Assembly: GCA_026394195.1 (NCBI GenBank)
Contig: JAPKYS010000054.1
Coordinates: 20,583-84,582 of the forward strand
DNA from: a bacterium
Lineage (GTDB): Bacteria > Electryoneota > B3-LCP
Direction of reading: 5' to 3'
DNA length: 64,000 nt
In this document: positions 1 through 7,182 of the stretch, in pieces
Position numbering within the stretch: the first letter of the stretch is position 1
Layout: each line of letters starts with the position of its first letter
Notes under the pieces: generated by a model
The model's database searches: none
Told to the model about the DNA's origin: nothing
What the model saw: the letters and a program-made list of their open reading frames with translations, nothing else
Position numbers and translations under genes: made by a program

Positions 1-366
1 CGTACTCCAAACGACATAAGCGCCACCCTGTTCATCGGAAAGTACCTCGGGGATTCCGGAATTAATCCATTGAGGCAATCCGGGAGCTAACTGGGTCATC
101 GGAGGGAACTCGAAATTACCGAAGCGGTTTATGATCTGGTAAATTATGCCGTTGTAGTCATGGTGATATGCAACCAGCACCCTTCCATTGGGGAAGGTCA
201 GAGCACATGGTAAGTCTTCGATTACGTCAGGGTCGGTCGCAATCGCCACATTTTCTGCCACGGTTCTGGGCCAATGGGCTTGGGCGGGCAGCGCCCATAA
301 AGTGGCAAGCAGCGCCGCCAGCAGTAGGGTAGCCAGCGCGGTAAGGGTCAGGGTTTGGGTTTTCAT
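1..366 (-). CDS. Secreted protein, 5' part only (runs off the window edge)
   Basis: Hand-translated from ATG at 366: MKTQTLTLTALATLLLAALLATLWALPAQAHWPRTVAENVAIATDP..., open to position 1. GGAG RBS and a Sec signal peptide ending in AQA. Not in the ORF track because it has no stop in the window. Confidence 0.8.
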   Translation of the reverse strand, partial: MKTQTLTLTALATLLLAALLATLWALPAQAHWPRTVAENVAIATDPDVIEDLPCALTFPNGRVLVAYHHDYNGIIYQIINRFGNFEFPPMTQLAPGLPQWINSGIPEVLSDEQGGAYVVWST

Positions 367-393
367 GAGAGGCTCCTTAAATATTTAATTGTT

Positions 394-637
394 GGAGGGA
401 CGGGCTCCGTCCCGTCCTTGAGACAGTAACCAAGTAACCAGGTGAACAAGTAACCAGGTTTTAAGGACACGACGGAGCGTGTCCCTCCAGTCAGGCAGGA
501 ATGCCTGACCTCCCCATCAGCCCTCGCCCCGCCCTGAAGAACGGGGCTACGTCTAACTAGCCCCATGAATGGGGCAAAAAAGCAAATCAGGGCGGCACGC
601 AGTGCGCCTCTACATCTCGTGCCTCGAAACTCGCGTA
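394..637. repeat. Mosaic of palindromic REP-like elements and short tandem repeats
   Basis: GGAG-GGACGGG/CCCGTCC hairpin at 394. Octamer run GTAACCAA/GTAACCAG at 426-459. GGACACG..CGTGTCC-CTCC at 466-488, also at 6860. GCCCCATGAATGGGGC family at 541-575, also at 10078 and 28721. GTAG-type REP at about 589-613. TCGTGCC/TCGAAAC heptamers. Confidence 0.8.
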
Positions 638-642
638 TCAAG

Positions 643-671
643 AATATAATCACGAAATCTCCCAAAGTCAA
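643..671 (-). promoter_or_regulatory. sigma70-type promoter for the gene starting at 366
   Basis: TTGACT (671-666), 17-nt spacer, TATATT (648-643) on the minus strand. Confidence 0.7.
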
Positions 672-735
672 GATTTATTTTCCAACCGAAGATAATTGTA
701 AGCCGTTTCTCTAAATTAATTTCCGATGTTAAGGC

Positions 736-811
736 GTGTCATTCCGGCTGGTCCGGAATCTGACACGCCGTCGGATTCCCGACGCATCCCTTCGGGACTT
801 GCGGGAATGAC
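736..811. repeat. GTCATTCC...GGAATGAC palindromic element (doublet)
   Basis: Related copies at 4102, 10218, 14686, 33536, 45767 and 49545. Confidence 0.85.
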
Positions 812-912
812 GGCCTGGTGTGCTGGGAATGTCGAGACTAAGAGATTAATATCAAGAAATGCTATAAATAAACCAAAATCCCGAAATTTCCTCCCATTAA
901 GCATCTTCCTGC

Positions 913-941
913 TTGACTTTCCTTTTGAAATTGAGTATATT
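913..941 (+). promoter_or_regulatory. sigma70-type promoter for the methyltransferase-bshC operon
   Basis: TTGACT 913-918, 17-nt spacer, TATATT 936-941. Confidence 0.75.
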
Positions 942-986
942 ACCTTGTGCAAGGATCAAGTTGAGGGTCAAAGCAGTACAACCGGA

Positions 987-1736
987 GTGGCTCAGGAAAA
1001 ACCCTGGTATCATCACTGGTTCGGAGCGGATTACTTGGAGCTCTACGAGCACCGTTCCTCCGCCGAAGCCGCCCGCACCATTGGCTGGCTGCTGCGCGAG
1101 CTGAAGCTGCCTCCCGGCTCCCGAGTACTGGACTTGGCTTGCGGCAGCGGCAGACATGGCCGCGAGTTGTCCCGGTTGGGGTATCCGACCGTCGGATTGG
1201 ACCTCTCCTGGCCGCTCTTGACCCGGAACTGGGTTTCTCAGCATACTCCCGGAGTCCAACGGCTGCGCGGCGACATGCGGACTTTACCAGTCAAAGCAGG
1301 TAGCTTCGATCTGGCTCTGTCTCTGTTCACCAGTTTCGGGTACTTTGCGATAGAAGCCGATAACCAGCGGGTCGTTAACGAAGCGTCCCGCGCTTTGCGA
1401 AAATCGGGCTTCTACGTGCTGGATTTTCTGAATGCGGATCGGGTCAGAAGCAGTATTATCCCCGATGAGACCCGCAGACTGAAGGATCGGAAGGTCACCA
1501 TAACCCGCTGGGTAGACGTTCAGCAGCAACGAGTCGAGAAGAAAGTGACAATTCAGGAAAGGGACGGAACCGTCAGGGACTATCGGGAATCAGTCCGGCT
1601 CTATGGTCTTGACGAATTGCGACAGATGATGCAAAAGGCGGGTCTTACCATCCGATCGGTTCACGGGAATTACGACGGATCCAATTTCAACCAGGAATCA
1701 CCGAGATTAATCTTGATCGGTATCAAGGATGCCTAA
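987..1736 (+). CDS. Class I SAM-dependent methyltransferase, candidate bacillithiol N-methyltransferase (NmbA-like)
   Basis: Motif I VLDLACGSGRH, GLDLS, GDMRTLP, FTSFGYF. Overlaps bshC by 8 nt. Start placed at GTG 987, downstream of the promoter, because the ORF-track extension to 726 is repeat DNA. Confidence 0.85.
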   Translation: MAQEKPWYHHWFGADYLELYEHRSSAEAARTIGWLLRELKLPPGSRVLDLACGSGRHGRELSRLGYPTVGLDLSWPLLTRNWVSQHTPGVQRLRGDMRTLPVKAGSFDLALSLFTSFGYFAIEADNQRVVNEASRALRKSGFYVLDFLNADRVRSSIIPDETRRLKDRKVTITRWVDVQQQRVEKKVTIQERDGTVRDYRESVRLYGLDELRQMMQKAGLTIRSVHGNYDGSNFNQESPRLILIGIKDA

Positions 1737-3363
1737 GAGTATCGCTTTTCATCGCTTGCCGGGCACGAACGCCCTCTTCCTGGATTACCTGGAAAATTTT
1801 GATAAAGTCAAACAGTTTTACTCCAATGACTACCGCCAGAACCCCAATCGCTGGGATACCGTCCAACAGAGTGCCAACATCTACAAGGAAGACCTGGTCG
1901 AGGGACTGTTGGAGAGCGCCAGACACTGGGAGTGTCGCAAGCAGGCCTTAAAAAACATCGAATTGCTGCGCAAACCGGAAACTCTGGCCGTGATGACCGG
2001 ACAGCAGGCCGGACTCTTCGGCGGACCGCTCTACACCTACTTCAAAGCGCTCAGCGCCGTCCTCTGGGCCAAGGAAATCCAGCGCCTCACCGGCAGACCC
2101 ACCGTCCCCATCTTCTGGATGGAGAGTTCCGACCACGATTTCTTCGAAGTCAATCACATCCGCCTGCTGAACCAGGACGGCGAAGAAATCACCCTGTCAA
2201 TTTCGGGTGCGCCCAAAGAAAAGCGCCGTATCGTCGGCGGAATAACCTTTAATGGTGAGATCGAGCAACTCATCCAGCGCCTCTGGACGCTGCTTCCTGC
2301 CAACACCTACCGCGGTCCTCACCTGGAAATGCTGGGGTCCTTCTACAAACCCGGCAACACCTTCGGCGACGCGTTCGCCGGCTTCTACAGCTATCTGTTC
2401 AGCGAAGATGGCCTGATCTTTTTCGACGCTCAGAACGATCGTTGCAAAAGAGCAGCTCTTCCCTTGCTGGACCGGATACTGGAAGCGAGTCCCAAACTCA
2501 ACGGACTGTTGGAAGAATCGTCCAAGACAGTCCTGAAAGCCGGATATCCGCCGCAGATACATCCGCAGAAAGACCGTCTGCAACTTTTCTTCCGGGAAGG
2601 CGAGGTGCGCATTCCCATCAGCACCAGCGGGGAGTTATTCTACGATGATAAACCCCCGGAGGCTGTCGGATTCGAAGAATTGCGCCGCCGCGCCGCGGCT
2701 CACCCAGAGCTTTTTATGCCCAAAGTCAGCCTGCGCCCCATCTTGCAGGATTTCCTCTTTCCGACGGCTGCTTATATCGCCGGCCCCGCCGAAATTGCCT
2801 ATTTCGCCCAATTGAAGCCGCTTTACCAGCAATTGGGCGTCAAAATGCCCGCGATCATACCGAGGCTTTCGCTCACGCTGATCGAAGCGAAGATTGAAAA
2901 AATCCTGGATAAATATAACTTCACTCCCGAAGAGTTGCGGCAGGGTCCGCAAGCGCTGATCGCGCAAAAATTAGAATCCGATCCAGGCAACGACCTGGTC
3001 GGTCTGTTCGCTCAGGTGCGCCAGCAGTGGGAAGAAATCCACGACCGATTGACCTTCGGGATGATGCGCATCGACCCTACTTTGCAACATCCCGTCGAAA
3101 AGACCATGGAACGCTGGCTTCAAGGGCTCGACGTGCTGGAAGAAAAAGCCAAATCTGCGCTTTCACGCAAAAACGAGACCTTTGTACAACAGATTAACAA
3201 GTGCTGCACTCATCTTTCGCCCGGCGGCAGCCTGCATGAACGGCGCTACAGCGTTCAGTATTATCTGGCTCGTTACGGGCGGGCTCTGACCTCGAAGATT
3301 CGTTCGCAAGCTCAGTTGGATCTCTACCGCCACCAGTTGATTTTTCTCGGAGAGGAAGAATAA
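1729..3363 (+). CDS. bshC: Bacillithiol biosynthesis cysteine-adding enzyme BshC
   Basis: Signature motifs AVMTGQQAGLFGGPLYTYFK, PIFWMESSDHDFFEV, LRPILQDFLFPTAAYIAGPAEIAYFAQL and LHER; 544 aa. Confidence 0.95.
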   Translation: MPKSIAFHRLPGTNALFLDYLENFDKVKQFYSNDYRQNPNRWDTVQQSANIYKEDLVEGLLESARHWECRKQALKNIELLRKPETLAVMTGQQAGLFGGPLYTYFKALSAVLWAKEIQRLTGRPTVPIFWMESSDHDFFEVNHIRLLNQDGEEITLSISGAPKEKRRIVGGITFNGEIEQLIQRLWTLLPANTYRGPHLEMLGSFYKPGNTFGDAFAGFYSYLFSEDGLIFFDAQNDRCKRAALPLLDRILEASPKLNGLLEESSKTVLKAGYPPQIHPQKDRLQLFFREGEVRIPISTSGELFYDDKPPEAVGFEELRRRAAAHPELFMPKVSLRPILQDFLFPTAAYIAGPAEIAYFAQLKPLYQQLGVKMPAIIPRLSLTLIEAKIEKILDKYNFTPEELRQGPQALIAQKLESDPGNDLVGLFAQVRQQWEEIHDRLTFGMMRIDPTLQHPVEKTMERWLQGLDVLEEKAKSALSRKNETFVQQINKCCTHLSPGGSLHERRYSVQYYLARYGRALTSKIRSQAQLDLYRHQLIFLGEEE

Positions 3364-3404
3364 ATCCGAGGCAGATCACGTGACACTTTAATGCGGAAGG
3401 AACT

Positions 3405-3647
3405 ATGAAAGTCATTGCATTTGTGCTCATCTCGGTCTCAGTAGGGAAAGCCCGGGAAGTCTATCGCGCCCTGCAAGATATGCGGGAAGTCGCCCAGGTC
3501 AATGCCATTTCCGGACCGTACGACATTATCGTCCGAATTGAGGCTTTCGACTTTGCCTCCATCGGAGCTTTGGTACTGGACAAGATCCAGGCGATCCCCG
3601 GCATCGAAGATACGATAACCTGTCAGGTTATCCCCATGGAGCAGTAA
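3405..3647 (+). CDS. Stand-alone Lrp/AsnC ligand-binding (RAM) domain protein
   Basis: AFVLISV..GK...ISGPYDIIVRIE...IQAIPGIEDTITC; 80 aa, no HTH; AAGG RBS. Confidence 0.88.
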   Translation: MKVIAFVLISVSVGKAREVYRALQDMREVAQVNAISGPYDIIVRIEAFDFASIGALVLDKIQAIPGIEDTITCQVIPMEQ

Positions 3648-3741
3648 ACCTCACTGGGGCGAGTTTGCGTTTCTTTACCAATCTATCCGAACCATCGTAT
3701 CAAGTTGAACTCCGTTGAAGCATTCAGCAGGAGGAACCGGC

Positions 3742-3984
3742 GTGCAAAGTGGCGCATACATCCTCATCTCCGTAACTGTCGGCAAAGCCCGCAAGGTCTT
3801 CGAGCAATTGGCGGCGCTGCCTGAAATTGCCCGAGTTGACGCCATTTCCGGACCTTATGACCTCATTGCCCGGGTGGAAGCGTCTGATTTTGGAGTGGTC
3901 GGTGTCCTGGTCCTGGATAAAATCCAGGCGATCCCCGGCGTGGTGGACACGGTCACCTGCCACGTGATCCCGATGAAGACATAG
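3742..3984 (+). CDS. Stand-alone Lrp/AsnC ligand-binding domain protein (tandem paralogue)
   Basis: GTG 3742 follows AGGAGG. AYILISV..GK...ISGPYDLIARVE...IQAIPGVVDTVTC. Confidence 0.88.
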   Translation: MQSGAYILISVTVGKARKVFEQLAALPEIARVDAISGPYDLIARVEASDFGVVGVLVLDKIQAIPGVVDTVTCHVIPMKT

Positions 3985-4101
3985 GAGCTGCGAAGCTATT
4001 CGCAGCAGTTTCCTGTCCGAATCGACTATTAGGGGTTCGCTCCAGAACTTCTGTCCAATACTTATTAATCCGACCGGGAAATACTCGACAAACTATAGGC
4101 C

Positions 4102-4173
4102 GTCATTCCCGCAAGCGAAGCGCGTCGGGAATCGGACAGCCAATTCCGAATTCGCCCAGGCGGACGGTATGAC
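4102..4173. repeat. GTCATTCC-family palindromic element with a nested mini-palindrome
   Basis: GTCATTCCCGCAAGCGAAGCGCGTCGGGAATC, nearly identical to 45767-45798. The second half carries TTCGCCCAGGCGGA. Confidence 0.8.
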
Positions 4174-4392
4174 TGGAGAACATTATCCACTATTAAGTGA
4201 TCAGGTTAATATTTGTCATTCGCTTCAGAACCTTCCGGCATGAGCTTTGCGATTATTTATTTTTTCCCATAAACTCAAGTGAATCGTGCAAATTGCAGCA
4301 GATTCAGCATAATTTGGCTCCTTCCCGCCACCTGTAAATGGTGGGACAGACTAAAACCTAATATCAACGATGCTAACCTCACGGAGATCAGA

Positions 4393-6813
4393 ATGAACTC
4401 GCGAAAGCTGTTACCAGGTTTGATCCTGATGCTTGGGGTTGTGTGCGCCCTTCAGGCCGCGCCGCAACCAATGGACGATCCGTCCGGCTATAAAATCCTC
4501 TTCGACATGCACGAAGGGAGAAATCCAGCCAGACTGGACAACACCGATGACGTGACTGGCTATAACGTCCTGCATTACGACCTTGCCATCCGCTTCAACC
4601 CCACCGATCACTCGGTTGCCGGACATGTGGACATGCGCTTTAAAAGCGATATCCCCTCACTGACCGATCTGGCCATGGATTTAAAGAGCAACATGGTGGT
4701 CGACAGCATTCGGGTCAATGGCGCTGCTGCCACTTACACCTTAACCAGCCCGGATAACCTGAACATCCATCTGCCCGTAGCCTTGCCGCAGGGGGATTCC
4801 GCTCTGGTAAAGATCTATTACCATGGCTTTCCTATCACCGGCAGTATGGGCGCGCTCTCCTGGGATCAACACCTGGGCGTGAACATTATCTCCTCACTGT
4901 CTGAATCCGAAGGCGCCCGCACCTGGTGGCCCTGCAAGGATATGCCCAGCGACAAAGCCACCGCCACCATGGCTTGGACGGTACCGAGTACTCTATATGC
5001 AACCAGCAATGGGAATCTGCAGAGTATCACCACGCCGGAACCGGGTTGGAAAACTTACTCCTGGGTGGAAAGCTACCCCATCACCACCTACCTGATCGCC
5101 GTCACCGCCACTAATTTCGCCCACTTCCGCAACTGGTACGTCTCCACGAGCGGTGATTCCATGCCGCTGGACAACTACGTCTACCCCGAAGATTCCCTGC
5201 ACGCCACCATTGATTTCGCTGATCTGGCGACCGTAATCGGTTATTTTGCCTCGGTCTTCGGACCCTACCCGTATCCTTCTGAAAAGTACGGCCATGCCGA
5301 GTTCCCCTGGGGCGGAGCCATGGAACACCAGACTCTGACCTCCTATGGAGAAGATTTAATTACCGGAACCAATGCCTATCACTGGATCATGGTGCACGAA
5401 CTGTCGCACCAATGGTGGGGAGACATGGTTACCTGCGAAACTTGGATGGATATCTGGCTGAATGAGGGTTTCGCCACCTATTGTGACGCTCTCTGGATTG
5501 AAAGCACCCAGGGGCAGACCGCTTTCCAATCACGCATGGCTTCCTTCCGGCAGACCTACTTCCAGGGTGACCAATATGGCGAGGGTCGTTTCCCCATCTA
5601 CAATCCGGTTCAAATGTGGGGCGGCACCGTCTATCAAAAGGGCGGCTGGATTCTGCACATGATTCGCTATGTCGTCGGCGAAGACGTCTTCTGGAACAGC
5701 TTCTGGCCGGCCTGGCGCAATAATTTCTCCTTCGACGCTGTGACCACGGCTGAACTGCAGCAAACGCTGGAAACCGTTTCCGGGCAGGATCTGGAATGGT
5801 TCTTCCATGAATGGGTTTACATGGCAGGCTACCCGGTGTATCAATGGGGTTGGACCACCGAAAACATCGGCGGCGGAGCGACGCGGGTGAAACTGTCGAT
5901 TCGCCAGACCCAGCAGTTAATCAACCAGACGCCCATCTTCACCATGCCCATCCAGATCAACATCGTGAAGAATACGGGTACGGAAACGGTCATCGCTCAG
6001 GACAGCCTGGCGTATCAGACCTTCAGCTTTGTGGTCAACGGAACGGTTTCTGACGTCCTCTTCGATCCGACTATATGGATTTTAAAGACGTCTACCGAAA
6101 CCGCCTACAGCGCTCCGGTGCAGACCGTAGCCATGACGCCCATCAATCCACCGATTCAGATCCCCGGTTCAGGCGGCAGTTTCCAGTACAACATCAATGT
6201 CCATAACACGGCAACGTCGCCTGTGAACATGGACATCTGGACTCTGATGAAGAAGCTGCCGAACGGTCCCTGGACGGGTCCCTATATGAACGCCAACCGC
6301 ACCATCGCGGCGGGAGGCAACCCGACCCGGTTGCGCTCTCAGAATATCGCCGCCGGTCTTGAAGCGGGCACGTATCTGTACGAAGCGCGCCTTGGCGATT
6401 ATCCGAATGCCATCTGGGACGTCACCAACTTCACGTTTATCAAGAACACGGCTGGCGATGCATCCGGCGGCTTCTTGGTGGATAACTTCGACAATACCGG
6501 AGAAGATTTCGATGACGCCTCTCTGGGCTCAACGGCGGCGAATCTCCCTGGCGAGTTCAAACTGATTGGTTCCACGCCCAATCCCTTCAATCCCACCACC
6601 ACCATCAGCTTCCAGCTGCCCGCAGCCAGCCGCATGAGCCTGGTTGTCTATGACGTCAGCGGTCGTCTGGTATCCACACTGGTGGACGGCTTCCGGGATG
6701 CGGGATCGCACCAGGTCACCTTCGATGGATCGAAGTTGGCTTCAGGCGTGTATCTGTACCGGCTGGAAGCAGGAGGTTACTCCGCTAATGGGAAAATGGT
6801 GCTGCTGAAGTAG
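4393..6813 (+). CDS. Secreted M1-family zinc aminopeptidase with C-terminal T9SS-like sorting domain
   Basis: ATG 4393 after GGAG, signal peptide, GAMEH, HELSH-x18-E zinc motif, VYQKG, and C-terminal PNPFNP...GVYLYRL...KMVLLK. Confidence 0.92.
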   Translation: MNSRKLLPGLILMLGVVCALQAAPQPMDDPSGYKILFDMHEGRNPARLDNTDDVTGYNVLHYDLAIRFNPTDHSVAGHVDMRFKSDIPSLTDLAMDLKSNMVVDSIRVNGAAATYTLTSPDNLNIHLPVALPQGDSALVKIYYHGFPITGSMGALSWDQHLGVNIISSLSESEGARTWWPCKDMPSDKATATMAWTVPSTLYATSNGNLQSITTPEPGWKTYSWVESYPITTYLIAVTATNFAHFRNWYVSTSGDSMPLDNYVYPEDSLHATIDFADLATVIGYFASVFGPYPYPSEKYGHAEFPWGGAMEHQTLTSYGEDLITGTNAYHWIMVHELSHQWWGDMVTCETWMDIWLNEGFATYCDALWIESTQGQTAFQSRMASFRQTYFQGDQYGEGRFPIYNPVQMWGGTVYQKGGWILHMIRYVVGEDVFWNSFWPAWRNNFSFDAVTTAELQQTLETVSGQDLEWFFHEWVYMAGYPVYQWGWTTENIGGGATRVKLSIRQTQQLINQTPIFTMPIQINIVKNTGTETVIAQDSLAYQTFSFVVNGTVSDVLFDPTIWILKTSTETAYSAPVQTVAMTPINPPIQIPGSGGSFQYNINVHNTATSPVNMDIWTLMKKLPNGPWTGPYMNANRTIAAGGNPTRLRSQNIAAGLEAGTYLYEARLGDYPNAIWDVTNFTFIKNTAGDASGGFLVDNFDNTGEDFDDASLGSTAANLPGEFKLIGSTPNPFNPTTTISFQLPAASRMSLVVYDVSGRLVSTLVDGFRDAGSHQVTFDGSKLASGVYLYRLEAGGYSANGKMVLLK

Positions 6814-6817
6814 CATC

Positions 6818-6914
6818 GGAGGGGCGCGCTTCGTCGCGCCCTGATGATCTCATAATTTTGGACACGACAAAGCGTGTCCCTCCGGTTGTGGGCGGTTTTC
6901 GAACCGCCCCTTTC
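6818..6914. repeat. REP-like hairpin cluster; the last hairpin may act as a terminator
   Basis: GGGCGCG..CGCGCCC, GGACACG..CGTGTCC-CTCC, and GGGCGGTT-TTCG-AACCGCCC followed by a short T-run. Confidence 0.7.
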
Positions 6915-6984
6915 TGTTATGGGTAAAACAACGCTGAAAAAGCACCCCACCCCCAGAAAAATTTTCCTGAATATAAAATTCTAC

Positions 6985-7013
6985 TTGACTTTGACTAAAT
7001 AATTGAGTATATT
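6985..7013 (+). promoter_or_regulatory. sigma70-type promoter for the C25 peptidase
   Basis: TTGACT 6985-6990, 17-nt spacer, TATATT 7008-7013. Confidence 0.75.
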
Positions 7014-7182
7014 TTAACATGTGATTTTCATCTCTCCCTCAGATTCGAGGGCTGGATGTACAAAAATCATCTCGCGTTGCTTTGAAATCATCCAGCCGGT
7101 GATCTATACAGGAGGCAACGCAGTACAAAATCTGTGAAATAATACACATAATTAGCATAGTCAACTAAGCCATGGAGGTACA

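Noticed and set aside
726-986. N-terminal extension of the methyltransferase ORF
   Set aside because: It translates a GTCATTCC repeat and crosses a clear promoter (913-941), so it is not counted as an in-frame repeat insertion.
4279-4392. Longer start for the M1 peptidase
   Set aside because: ATG 4393 has a GGAG RBS and gives a normal signal peptide.
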